This document shows, in pieces, positions 52,631 to 62,623 of a DNA stretch of 64,000 nucleotides (within the stretch, counting starts at the first letter, position 1; each line of letters starts with the position of its first letter). The translations under genes and the position numbers were made by a program. This DNA comes from Fidelibacterota bacterium (GTDB lineage Bacteria; Fidelibacterota; UBA8477; JABMPR01). The stretch covers positions 35,692-99,691 of the forward strand of contig JAIPJF010000006.1 of assembly GCA_021734325.1 (NCBI GenBank), written 5' to 3'. The notes under the pieces are model-generated. The model saw only the letters and a program-made list of their open reading frames with translations. It was not told where the DNA came from and searched no databases.

Positions 52631-54967
52631 CTATTTCAGCAGAAGAATTTTGCGGGCATCGTCTATCCCGTCAACCTGTATCTTGATAATATAGATTCCT
52701 GCCGGAACAAGCCTTTGGACCTTATCCACTGCTTTCCATGTAATCTGATGCTGACCCCGCTCTTGAGATCCTGAAACGAGCTCTACTATTTGTTTCCCCC
52801 GCATGTCAAAGATAGACATCCTGACCTCCGAATCACTTGGAAGATCATAATGAATGATCGTTTCAGCATTGAAAGGGTTGGGGTAATTATTCAGTCTGAA
52901 ATTGGCTGGAAGGAGCAACTCCGGGCTGGTTGCATCTGGAGTATTGCTGGCACCGGGAGTTGGTTCCATCATAATTTCCCAGGTATCTGAACCATCGGGA
53001 ATTCTTCCGTATGAGACATCTGCAGCCAGGGGAATAAATGTGAGGGAGTCGTATATACTCGCACCATCAATCCCGGTAAGGGCAATAAATTCACCATCAG
53101 CACTGAGTTTGAAATTTGTATGAAGCCCTGGCTGCTCCTGATCTTCATCACACCAGACCAGCAAATAATCGTGTGCTGCCAGGACAATATCGTCCATGGG
53201 AAATTTCCACTTGGTGAGATTGGAGGGATTATCTGTGAGATACATGCCACTTAAATTCAGCGCTTCATTACCATAATTATAGATCTCAAGCCAATCATCA
53301 TGGTCTCCAGCCTCATCCACATTGGCGTTGTCATTCTTGGATAGAATTTCATTAATGACCAACTTATTCATATCAGCGTCAACAACTGACACAGACACAA
53401 AATCACCTCTTGGGTATAGCATGGTCCGGCCAAGCATATCTTCTGCAGCAAGCTGAAAATGTCCAGCCCCCAACGCACCAAGGGGAGGAATTATTCCCAG
53501 CCAGCGATCGGCCTCTTCCACAATAGTACTTGCTTCGATTGGGGCAAAATGCATTGGGTAGGACTCAACTACCGTCAGATCACCTGGCTGAAAGGCAATG
53601 TCCAGTTTTTTGATGCCATCATGACTAAAAACAGCCGCCTGCACATAAATGCTATCGTCGGGTCCGGGATTCCTTGGCCAGTAATCCAGCTCGTAAATGA
53701 TAGGCGGGCTTGCATTCCACTCGAGCTGACCGGGGAGAGAGGCATTCCGTAGGTTTACAAACTGTTTTAGCCCGTTTTTTACATGCTGATTTGAATAGCT
53801 GTTCAGAGAATATGATTGAGCGAAGTCCGTCAGGTCGAAATTGTAGTCCAGTGTTCGATAATAATCATTCGCAGCCCAGGGAGCTATCCGTTCCCTTAAT
53901 GTGTCCAGATCCGCTTCCCAGAGACTCAGAACCATGACCCGTTCCAGGAAAAATTCCAAAAAATGTGAATACAGATCCCGGTATTGATCCTCGGCCATGA
54001 TCTTTTCCATTAACGGACGTGATCCGCCATCAATGGTTTTATAGGTATAGGGGTTCACATTGGTCCAGTCAGTATTAAACCAGTCAATTCCATAGTTGTT
54101 GTCATAATCATAGGGGATCCAATGAAAACGATTAGAGGAGGGTTCATGATAGAGATAAAAATTATTTTTGAGGAACCAGTAATCATCCCAATTACCCATG
54201 AGCACATTCATGGCAGCATATTTAAGCACCTCTGGCACAAATAGAACCTTCTCAATTGAGTCTTTAAAATCTGCCTGGGGAGTCTGATTGATAATCTTGA
54301 TCAAATGTGCCAGCTGACTGAAATCATATTCACTCTCGTTGGTTTTTAGTTCATATGGCTTCTCATTTCCTGCATAAGGATAATAGTCCGCTGGATCGGG
54401 ACCTCGATAGCTCAGATCGGCAGGATAAAGACATTTCCATAAATTACCGGAATCATCGGCGAAATTGGTCTTTAAAAATTCATCATCAATATGTTCTACG
54501 GAAATGTAAAGACCGTAGTAAACGAAATTAATGTAAACGGCACAGTGGGCTGCTCGAGGGGCGACCATCCCGATTTTCTGGTAGTGGTCCCAGGCTATCT
54601 TGCTGCGAATAATGGATGGGTCGTTGTGCTCGCCATTCAAGTTCATTTTGTCCACATCGTAGAACTCACGACCTGGAACGAATTCGTTGAATGACAATTT
54701 GAAGGATTTTTTTTGTGAATCCCGGGAGGTATTGCCTCTGAGACGAAATCCAACCTGTTCAATGGTGGAGTCGATATAGGCATTTTTGAAATGTACCGTT
54801 GCTTCATGGAGTGAATCGCTTTGTACATTTTCATACATCCACTGAAGATCCTCTGGGGCGACCTCAATCATGATGGTGGCTACTTCGCTGTCATCATAAA
54901 GTTTATAGCTTTCGCGACTAAAGATCAGCAGGGGGAGAACAAAAATGCAGAGGACTCTCAATTTCAT
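52631..54967 (-). CDS. CotH-family kinase with lamin-tail domain and C-terminal T9SS/FlgD-like domain
   Basis: RLRGNTSR...KKSFKL, YGLY..VE.ID, NWDDY, IPYDYDN; LVINEILSKN...DWLEIYN (LTD); NYPNPFN...AGIY tail. Confidence 0.88.
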   Translation of the reverse strand: MKLRVLCIFVLPLLIFSRESYKLYDDSEVATIMIEVAPEDLQWMYENVQSDSLHEATVHFKNAYIDSTIEQVGFRLRGNTSRDSQKKSFKLSFNEFVPGREFYDVDKMNLNGEHNDPSIIRSKIAWDHYQKIGMVAPRAAHCAVYINFVYYGLYISVEHIDDEFLKTNFADDSGNLWKCLYPADLSYRGPDPADYYPYAGNEKPYELKTNESEYDFSQLAHLIKIINQTPQADFKDSIEKVLFVPEVLKYAAMNVLMGNWDDYWFLKNNFYLYHEPSSNRFHWIPYDYDNNYGIDWFNTDWTNVNPYTYKTIDGGSRPLMEKIMAEDQYRDLYSHFLEFFLERVMVLSLWEADLDTLRERIAPWAANDYYRTLDYNFDLTDFAQSYSLNSYSNQHVKNGLKQFVNLRNASLPGQLEWNASPPIIYELDYWPRNPGPDDSIYVQAAVFSHDGIKKLDIAFQPGDLTVVESYPMHFAPIEASTIVEEADRWLGIIPPLGALGAGHFQLAAEDMLGRTMLYPRGDFVSVSVVDADMNKLVINEILSKNDNANVDEAGDHDDWLEIYNYGNEALNLSGMYLTDNPSNLTKWKFPMDDIVLAAHDYLLVWCDEDQEQPGLHTNFKLSADGEFIALTGIDGASIYDSLTFIPLAADVSYGRIPDGSDTWEIMMEPTPGASNTPDATSPELLLPANFRLNNYPNPFNAETIIHYDLPSDSEVRMSIFDMRGKQIVELVSGSQERGQHQITWKAVDKVQRLVPAGIYIIKIQVDGIDDARKILLLK

Positions 54968-54985
54968 GGTAGAAATATGCTTAAT

Positions 54986-56338
54986 TCAATGGACGTCGTA
55001 GATACTGCCGCCAATGAATTCCCTGAAATGTGATGTTTCCGGTACAGCGGACTCGTCAGCAACAGGGGTTATTGATTCAAGCATTTCGCGAACCCTTTTT
55101 GCTCTGATATATGCATCCACGCGCCGGGGGTCTGACTTATAATCCTGTTCCCACTGTTTGAAATGCTCAAACAATCTATTCCTCATGATGGGTAGCTCAT
55201 AGGGAACGGCACCATTGATGATATAGTCTGCAGTATTGATGTAAGGTAGAATATTGCGTTGCTCGGCATTACGGACATAATGCCAGTGGGTCAAGGTCTG
55301 TCGCGGATCATAGGCCCGGTGCTGTTCATCCCGGACCATGCGTCGCATGAGGCGGAGATCGGTCCAGCGAATGAACTTGCCGTTGCTGCCCTTCATCTGC
55401 AACAGGGTTTCGATATATACCTTAAAAATACACTTCTCGTCAATACCATCCAGCATGTCGCCAAAAAGTCCATGCAGACTATCAATAAGGATAATATCCG
55501 TGGATTTTATCTTCATTGGAGTCTGGTTCAATGCCCGTGTGCCAGTGGCAAAATCATATTTTGGGATGAGAACTTCGTCACCGGCAAGGAGTTGCTTCAC
55601 GTGTTGGTTGATCAGGACCAGATCCAGGGCCTGGGGTGTCTCAAAATCATGATCCCCGAACTCATCCACCGGATGCAATTCCAGATCAAAAAAGTAATGA
55701 TCAATGTTGAGCTCAACCAGCCCAAAGCCTATTTTTGCCAGATACTGAGCTAATTTTCTAGTAGTGGTGGTCTTCCCAGAGGACGAAGGTCCGGCAACAA
55801 CTACGATCCGGGTTTCACCCTCCCTTTCTGTGATCAACTCTGCCGCTGCCTGGATGTCGTTTTCATAAGCGGCGTCAGATTCCAGACAGATCTCCCGGAA
55901 TTCGCCATTGGCGATACGCTGATTCAACTTTTCCACAGAGTTCAAGTTGTGATCCGCAGCCCAGACGAGAACTTCGTAAATCTTCTGGTAGGGAATATTT
56001 CCCTGGTGAACCTTGCTCTTACTGAGCTTTGCCTTGCGCTTGTTGTCCTGGGATGCCCTGTACAGAATGAATTGTTTGGCAACGGCAGCATGTCCCTCTT
56101 CAATCAAAACCTTTTCGACAATATCCTGAACCTGCTCCACCATGGGTGGGTGCTCATTGGAGTAGTTGTCACAGAGAATGGATTCAACAATAATGGCCAG
56201 ATGTTCAGCCTTTCCTTTATCCCTGCCACCCATGGCAACGGCAGCACGATAAACTGCATTCGTGATCCGCAGTCTTGAATAGGGGACCAGTGTTCCATCT
56301 CGTTTGAAGACATGGGAAACGGAGCATCTGTCACTCAT
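54986..56338 (-). CDS. ATP-cone domain + uridine kinase/phosphoribulokinase-like P-loop kinase
   Basis: VFKRDG...RITNAV...VEQVQDIVE..LI (ATP cone); VAGPSSSGKTT, DHYF, D.RLMRRMVRD. Confidence 0.85.
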   Translation of the reverse strand: MSDRCSVSHVFKRDGTLVPYSRLRITNAVYRAAVAMGGRDKGKAEHLAIIVESILCDNYSNEHPPMVEQVQDIVEKVLIEEGHAAVAKQFILYRASQDNKRKAKLSKSKVHQGNIPYQKIYEVLVWAADHNLNSVEKLNQRIANGEFREICLESDAAYENDIQAAAELITEREGETRIVVVAGPSSSGKTTTTRKLAQYLAKIGFGLVELNIDHYFFDLELHPVDEFGDHDFETPQALDLVLINQHVKQLLAGDEVLIPKYDFATGTRALNQTPMKIKSTDIILIDSLHGLFGDMLDGIDEKCIFKVYIETLLQMKGSNGKFIRWTDLRLMRRMVRDEQHRAYDPRQTLTHWHYVRNAEQRNILPYINTADYIINGAVPYELPIMRNRLFEHFKQWEQDYKSDPRRVDAYIRAKRVREMLESITPVADESAVPETSHFREFIGGSIYDVH

Positions 56339-56795
56339 CGATTGAACCTTCATAATTGATCTGATCGCTCAACTCATTTACATCATCTGCCTGTACAGGA
56401 AAATATTTTGCCAGATTATTGCCCAGCTCACGAATACCATGGAGCAAACCTTCCTGCATTCTACCCGCTGCAAAATGAGTCTTCATCTCAGCAACTGTCA
56501 ATTCCCAGAAATCAGAGGGTACTTTTTCATGAATACCCACATCACCATAAATGGCAAATTTCTGCTCGCTCAGGAACATGGCAATGAGTGTGGCATTTCG
56601 TTCCTTGGTCTCGTGGAGTTTGGCCTTCTCAAAGATTTTGCGGGTTGTCTTGTAGGGTTGGTTATGAGAGGTGGTGTTAAAGCTAATGACGATCTCACCA
56701 CTCGTTTGTTTCTCAAAGGATTTGATCGCCTGGGAAATTGCTTCCAGATCCTGATCGCTAAAAATCTTCTTGGCCAGACTTTCTGCTTTACTCAT
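56331..56795 (-). CDS. TPM domain-containing protein
   Basis: AIKSFEKQTSGEI, TKERNATL, FAIYGDVGI, YFP...DD.NELSD. Confidence 0.88.
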   Translation of the reverse strand: MSKAESLAKKIFSDQDLEAISQAIKSFEKQTSGEIVISFNTTSHNQPYKTTRKIFEKAKLHETKERNATLIAMFLSEQKFAIYGDVGIHEKVPSDFWELTVAEMKTHFAAGRMQEGLLHGIRELGNNLAKYFPVQADDVNELSDQINYEGSIDE

Positions 56796-56813
56796 ACATG
56801 CTCCTCGGGAAAA

Positions 56814-58373
56814 TCAATATTCGTCAGTGATATCTTTTCCCTGCTTTTTACTGAAAACTCTGAATTCATCCATGTTCTTTGATTCGTCCTCGACAATGTC
56901 AATTTTTACAAAGTGTTGCCATTGAATGATTCGCACCACGCTTTTTCTGCCTGAACGTAAAAACTTAGCCAATTCAGGGTTAACAATCAACTGAAGTCTA
57001 AATTCCCTCTTTTGGGAGTGAAAACGTCTGAACCAACCTTCAATTTGAGTGGCGAGTGCGGCCTTGGACATGATCCTGCCACGACCATGACAAACGGGGC
57101 ATTCCTCTGTTGCCGACAGGAGCAAACTCAGGCGGATTCGCTGGCGAGTCATTTCAAGAAGCCCAAAATCAGAAATGTAGCTGACGGCTACCTTTGCACG
57201 ATCTTTTCTCAGTTCCCGACGAAGTTCGTAATAGACTTTCTTTTTGTTCTCCTCACGGGACATATCAATGAAGTCAATGACAATGAGTCCTCCCAGGTCG
57301 CGGAGACGCAATTGTTGGGCAATTGCTCTTGCAGCCTCTAGATTTATTTTCAGGGCGTTCGCCTCATGATCCTTGCGGCCAACGAACTTCCCTGAGTTGA
57401 CGTCAATGGATACCAGTGCCTCGGTTTGCTCGACAACAATGGAAGCTCCACTCTTGAGGCGTACATTTCTGGACATGGAAATATCAATGCCCTTCTGGAC
57501 ATTGTATGCATCGAAAAGGGGTAATTTTCCCTTATAAAACTCAAGACGATTGTACAACTGAGGGGCAGCACCTTTTAGATAGCTTACTAGTTGTTTGTGC
57601 ATTGCCTTGCTGTCAGTGATCACACGTTGAACATCATTGGTAAAGAGATCTCTGATCAGACTGGAGACTGTCTCCATATCTTTGTAAACCAGGGTCGGAC
57701 CTGGTTTGGCCTTGATGGCTTTCTCCATGCGTTTATAGGAATCCATGAGATTGTTGAGGTCTCCGCCCAATGTCTCATCATCTTTCCCCTCTGTCACCGT
57801 TCGGGCAATGAGTCCAAAGCCATCTGGTTTCATCGTCTGACAACTCCGACGGAGCCGACGGCGTTCATAATTATTAAATATTTTGCGGGAAATCCCAATA
57901 TAGTCAGCGTTGGGAACCAGAACCAGAAATCGTCCCGGCAGTGAAATGTTTGTGGTAACGCGGGCACCCTTCCCCATGTAGGGTTCTTTAATGACCTGGA
58001 CAAGAATTTCCTGACCTGTCCTTAATTTGGGTATGCTTGAGCGGTGTGAGTCCCGGTGTCGATCACGTCCCCGGGAATGGCTGCTCTTTGAGCCTGCTGG
58101 TTTTTCATCATCTGGATCATCGTCATCCTGATCAAGAAGCGGGGAATCCCCTTCGACTTCTGAAAAGGGAAGAAAGGCATTTGCTCCAATGCCTATATCA
58201 ACAAAGGCCGCTTGCATTCCTGGCAAAACATTCTCCACAACACCTTTATAGATGTTGCCTACTATCCGGATATTCTCCGGCTTTTCAACATAAAGCTCCA
58301 CCAATACGTCATCCTCATGGATGGCGATTCGCGTTTCCTTATTCGTTTGGTTTATAAAGATATCCTTCTTCAT
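56814..58373 (-). CDS. Rne/Rng family ribonuclease
   Basis: GNIYKGVV..VLPGMQAAFVDIG (S1), QVIKEP...KGAR, IDVNSG, RLRDLGGLIVIDFIDM, GLLEMTRQR, CPVCHG. Confidence 0.96.
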   Translation of the reverse strand: MKKDIFINQTNKETRIAIHEDDVLVELYVEKPENIRIVGNIYKGVVENVLPGMQAAFVDIGIGANAFLPFSEVEGDSPLLDQDDDDPDDEKPAGSKSSHSRGRDRHRDSHRSSIPKLRTGQEILVQVIKEPYMGKGARVTTNISLPGRFLVLVPNADYIGISRKIFNNYERRRLRRSCQTMKPDGFGLIARTVTEGKDDETLGGDLNNLMDSYKRMEKAIKAKPGPTLVYKDMETVSSLIRDLFTNDVQRVITDSKAMHKQLVSYLKGAAPQLYNRLEFYKGKLPLFDAYNVQKGIDISMSRNVRLKSGASIVVEQTEALVSIDVNSGKFVGRKDHEANALKINLEAARAIAQQLRLRDLGGLIVIDFIDMSREENKKKVYYELRRELRKDRAKVAVSYISDFGLLEMTRQRIRLSLLLSATEECPVCHGRGRIMSKAALATQIEGWFRRFHSQKREFRLQLIVNPELAKFLRSGRKSVVRIIQWQHFVKIDIVEDESKNMDEFRVFSKKQGKDITDEY

Positions 58374-58859
58374 ATCCAATCCTCATATGTATGTGGAAGC
58401 AGTAAAAGAAGAAGGTTGAGATGATTGTTCTCAACAGATTCTCATTCCTACAGTCTGAATGAGATGATCACAAAATTTTTCTGCGCTTGCTCAGCGTGCA
58501 AAGTTTTAATTCAATCCCGCTCTGTTCGATCTTGCGCACTCTCGATTCCAAACATGTGCATGAATCGAGTCAATTCTTTTACCATTCCGGTTTTGGCAGT
58601 TGTCTGCCCAACATTTCGAACAGGTATAATAATCAGATCATACCTGTCATGATCGTTGTGAAAAGCGTATCCCAGCCTTGTAAATCTTTTTATATAAGCG
58701 GGTACGTGTTGATCTGTTCAAGAACCTTCAGCACACAATAAGTCAGTATATCGATTTGATCCTCAAGGAACAAACCTTTGATAAACCGCAATTCAGAGGG
58801 GTATTGTGGTATTGATCAGATTCTTCTCACAACATTCTTTTAACCGATCGCGTATCCCA

Positions 58860-61433
58860 TCAAACCGCTTTATTGAAATACACCGCTTTTCGGTGAACAG
58901 TATGAATGGGAAGGCCTTCGACCGGCACTTCAAAAAACGAGGGCAGGAATTCATTTAACCGTATTCCCTTGCCGTCCTTAACGAGGCTTACCACCTCGAG
59001 GCTATTGCCCTTTATTTCAATAGACTGGATGTAGGCTTTGACATCCAGAGATATTTTGCGATTTTTTCGCTCGCGTTCAATATACACATTTTTTTTGTGT
59101 TCAAAGTTTTGTTTCATTTCCAGGAGGGACATTTCAAGTGCTGCATCCTCGAAGGTGATTTCCTGTTTAACAGCTTTTATTTGTCCGGTGATCGGTTCTT
59201 CCCGTCCATCAAACCACTCTACGTCCTGCACTTTGACGCCTGAGGGAAGCTGGGCGTTTAGATCTGCAATGATGGAGTCAACACGCCGATAGGTGAGCAT
59301 ATCGATAAATTCAGTTTCTGAGGTGTATCCGAGAGGGAGGGCCGGTCCGCTGGAGATCCGGGGGCGACGATTAAATCCCTGTGAATAAACAACCGGTATT
59401 TGGGCGAGTTTGATCGCTCGCAACAGGGCATTCTGGATATCAAGATGCCCAAGATAACTGGCCAGGCCTGCCTGCGAAAACTGCAGGCGGGCAGTAAATA
59501 CTGGCGTTGTATTCAATAATTCAGGCAAAGGCTCACGCTCTGGCGGTATGTATTTCTCGGGTTTCATCTTCGAGTCCCTGGCTGTCCCATCCTTCACTTG
59601 GCGCATGACCAACTCTTCAAAATCGCATACGCCACAGGCCAGGCATCTGTCTCGACAATCGATCACCGTGGCTTCCTGATAGGCTTTGCGTTTCTCTCTC
59701 CGCAGGAATTTCTTTAGAATGCCATTGTCAACCAGCTCCCAGGGGAGGTGTTCCTGATCATCCCGTTCCCTGAGGTAATCTTCAAAATTGATCCCTGCTT
59801 TTTCAAATGCACCCATCCAGCGCTCATAACGGAAATAGTCACCCCAACTGTCAAATCTCGCACCATCCTGCCAGGCGTGGAAAATGGCTTTGGCTACTTT
59901 ACGGTCACCCCGTGAAATAACACCTTCGATCTCAGAATACTTTGGATCTCGATAGGATGCTCTCACATTCTTGTGCTTCAAATTTTGCATGAGAAAATCA
60001 ATTTTCTCGCGAATCATCTCTTTGCTATTCTGGGCTTCCCACTGGAATGGAGTCTCCGGTTTGGGAATAAAGGTAGACAGTGTGACATTGATCTTGATCC
60101 TGCCATAAGGCTGTGCCATTTTTCGAACATCACTAACCAAATCAACAATGCCCTGCAGATCGGCCCAGGTTTCTGTGGGCAAGCCAAGCATGAAATAAAA
60201 TTTTAGGGTCTTCCAGCCACCATCCAATGCGATCTGAACAGAGGAATACAGGTCCTCATCACTGATGAGCTTGTTGATGACCCGGCGCATACGCCAGGTC
60301 CCGGCTTCAGGTGCAAAGGTCAGTCCGGATTTACGTTCTTCCGCTGCAATGGCTGCAATTTCCTTGGTGAAGCTATCGAGACGCAAGGAAGGAAAGGAAA
60401 CAGAGACGCGATTCTCCTTTAAAAACGGTTTCATTCCCTCAACCACTTCTCCCAAACCGGTATAGTCGCTGGTTGAAAGGGACAGGAGTGACATATTCCT
60501 TTGCCCTGTCGCTGCCAGGGTTGCCTTTGTAGACTCAATGATTTCATCAGGCATACGCTCGCGGATAGGTCGATAAACCATGCCGGCGTGACAAAAACGG
60601 CATCCCTGGGTACAGCCCCTCATGACTTCCACGGCAAATCGGTCCTGAGCCGTTTCCACAATAGGAACAATGGGTTTTATGGGATAATTCGATGCTTCCA
60701 GTGTGGGAATCTTTGCTGATTTGACACGATCGGGAGCAGAATCATTATTTTTATTAATGGCCAGCAATGTCCCTGTTTCATCATATTCAAAATCGTAGAA
60801 CGCGGGCACGTAGATGCCCTCTGGCAGCTTTGCAGCCTCCATGAGGATCTCTTTCCGGCTGCGACCTTCACGCCGACCCTTGCCAATGAGTCTCACCAGA
60901 TCCACCAAAAGTTCCTCTGCATCACCTATCACAACCAGATCAAAGATGTCTGCGACGGGCTCTGGATTGTAAGCATTTGTGCCTCCGGCAATGATGATGG
61001 GATCATTCTCACGACGGTCCTTTGTCCAGATGGGAATATTGGCCAGATCCAGCATGTTGATCAGGTTGGTGTAGAGCAGGTCGTAGGGCAGAGAAAAGCC
61101 GACAATATCAAAATCACTTAATTGATGTTTTGTCTCAAGACTATGCATGGGCAGGCTGTTCTCCCGCATCAATGCTTCCATGTCCGGCCAGGGGGCATAG
61201 ACGCGCTCGGCAGCAATGTCCTGTTCCCGATTTAAAATATGGTACAGGATCTGAAATCCATTGTAAGGCATGGCCGTATCATAAACGTCGGGGAAAGCCA
61301 ACGCCATGGAGACATTTATCTCATCCCAGTTCTTTGTGATGATATTGTGTTCATTCCCAAGATATCGTCCAGGCTTAGAGACCTTTTGGAGTATCCTGGT
61401 GTGTAAAATATGTTCTATGTCTTTGGGTTGCAC
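58860..61433 (-). CDS. TIGR03960-type B12-binding-domain radical SAM protein fused to a TIGR03936/DUF2344-type domain
   Basis: VSKPGRYLGNE, FPDVY, AERVYAPWPD, EVMRGCTQGCRFC, TFAPEAG, FIPKP.TPFQW; C-terminal YLGHLD...YSQGFNRRP.IS.GPALPLG. Confidence 0.92.
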   Translation of the reverse strand: MQPKDIEHILHTRILQKVSKPGRYLGNEHNIITKNWDEINVSMALAFPDVYDTAMPYNGFQILYHILNREQDIAAERVYAPWPDMEALMRENSLPMHSLETKHQLSDFDIVGFSLPYDLLYTNLINMLDLANIPIWTKDRRENDPIIIAGGTNAYNPEPVADIFDLVVIGDAEELLVDLVRLIGKGRREGRSRKEILMEAAKLPEGIYVPAFYDFEYDETGTLLAINKNNDSAPDRVKSAKIPTLEASNYPIKPIVPIVETAQDRFAVEVMRGCTQGCRFCHAGMVYRPIRERMPDEIIESTKATLAATGQRNMSLLSLSTSDYTGLGEVVEGMKPFLKENRVSVSFPSLRLDSFTKEIAAIAAEERKSGLTFAPEAGTWRMRRVINKLISDEDLYSSVQIALDGGWKTLKFYFMLGLPTETWADLQGIVDLVSDVRKMAQPYGRIKINVTLSTFIPKPETPFQWEAQNSKEMIREKIDFLMQNLKHKNVRASYRDPKYSEIEGVISRGDRKVAKAIFHAWQDGARFDSWGDYFRYERWMGAFEKAGINFEDYLRERDDQEHLPWELVDNGILKKFLRREKRKAYQEATVIDCRDRCLACGVCDFEELVMRQVKDGTARDSKMKPEKYIPPEREPLPELLNTTPVFTARLQFSQAGLASYLGHLDIQNALLRAIKLAQIPVVYSQGFNRRPRISSGPALPLGYTSETEFIDMLTYRRVDSIIADLNAQLPSGVKVQDVEWFDGREEPITGQIKAVKQEITFEDAALEMSLLEMKQNFEHKKNVYIERERKNRKISLDVKAYIQSIEIKGNSLEVVSLVKDGKGIRLNEFLPSFFEVPVEGLPIHTVHRKAVYFNKAV

Positions 61434-61578
61434 CCAATAATCCTTTCATCCGCCTACGCAAAGCAAGCTGAGCATGCACAGTATAGTATTCGGTACTCTT
61501 GCTTCGTCGCGACTTCATCTACCCCCGGCCCGCCCCTGATTATAATTGACTTTTTACAAGAATCCATGTTTTCATGTA

Positions 61579-61606
61579 GTAGCGATAGGTCTAAGGCCTG
61601 TCGCTA
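61579..61606 (+). repeat. GTAG-type REP-like palindrome
   Basis: GTAG-CGATAGGT-ctaag-GCCTGTCG-CTA; TAGCGATAGG / CCTGTCGCTA is a near-perfect inverted repeat. Confidence 0.5.
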
Positions 61607-61681
61607 TGCCATATAGATTAACTTGAGGATATTTCTTTAATATGGGTTAATTTCAGGTATATAATAATAGTGGAGAAGAAT

Positions 61682-61939
61682 ATGAAAAAATCTACAGAAA
61701 AACCCTGGGTTGTCTTGCGTAAAGTCGAGGGAGATATCACAGCAGAGATGCTGTGTGAAGCCCTTAGAAATGCAGATGTGCCCTGCGAAATAAAACGCAG
61801 CATGCTGGCTTCCGGACTGGGAGCACATTCTGTTTCCCTTGCTGGCAACCAGGCGACCCTCCTGGTTCCGCCTGACAAACTGGCTGAGGCTAAGGCAGTC
61901 CTGGAGGCTATCGATTATGAACCTGGCGAGGATGAGTAA
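61682..61939 (+). CDS. DUF2007-type putative signal-transducing protein
   Basis: W..L......I.AEML...L..A.VPC...and LLVP.D....A..VL pattern. Confidence 0.75.
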   Translation: MKKSTEKPWVVLRKVEGDITAEMLCEALRNADVPCEIKRSMLASGLGAHSVSLAGNQATLLVPPDKLAEAKAVLEAIDYEPGEDE

Positions 61940-61982
61940 AACCCATGAGTGTGGTACCGGAGACTGTGATACCCATGGCTGT

Positions 61983-62010
61983 AAAACCCATAATTTAAAT
62001 CATGGGTTTT
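61983..62010. repeat. tnpA-associated palindrome C1
   Basis: AAAACCCAT-aatttaaatc-ATGGGTTTT. Confidence 0.75.
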
Positions 62011-62036
62011 CATGAGACCGGTTAACCAGATCCAAT

Positions 62037-62474
62037 TTAATGGTTTACATATGGATTGTGATTTCCCAATAATTTCTCATACTCTTCTATAAAAGTCCTG
62101 GTCCGGTGATGTTCCTCCTGGTTTTAAATATACCGTTCAACTCTCTTAACAGCCGACTCACTCACAGAAAAAACACCGTAACCTACCTGCCAGGAAAAAT
62201 TGCCTAAGACAGTTTTATTCTGATTCATCCAGCGAGAGGATTCACCCTTTACAGATTTCATGACTTGTGCCAAAGAAAGATTTCTGGGCAACAAGAAAAG
62301 TACATGAATATGATCCGGGGTTCCATTGATGCACCGGACTCCACACCCCATTTTTTCCATTTCGACTCGGATATGTCGCATGAGGTCTTCGCGTATATCA
62401 TCCTTGAGTAAGGGTTGGCGATACTTAGTGCCGAAGACACCGTGTATCCATACTCGTGGGAGTGAGTGACTCAT
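62037..62474 (-). pseudogene. tnpA: IS200/IS605-family (Y1) transposase TnpA with an internal nonsense codon
   Basis: H.VFGTKYR, PDHIHVL (HUH), KSVKGESS, WQVGYGVFSVS; TAA at 62124-62126 interrupts YI*NQEEHH and the frame continues to TAA 62037-62039. Confidence 0.85.
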
Positions 62475-62504
62475 GTGGTTCTTTCCTTTCTCGATTCCGC
62501 AATA

Positions 62505-62524
62505 CCCATGAATGAATTCATGGG
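62505..62524. repeat. tnpA-associated palindrome C2
   Basis: CCCATGAAT-ga-ATTCATGGG. Confidence 0.75.
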
Positions 62525-62623
62525 ATCTATCGGTCGTGTGGTCTGGGATCGTATGGGTGTTGAAGTTATTGTCTCGATTGTGGGTTAGCAGATCGATTCA
62601 AATCTAGTCTAGAAACCCCGCTC

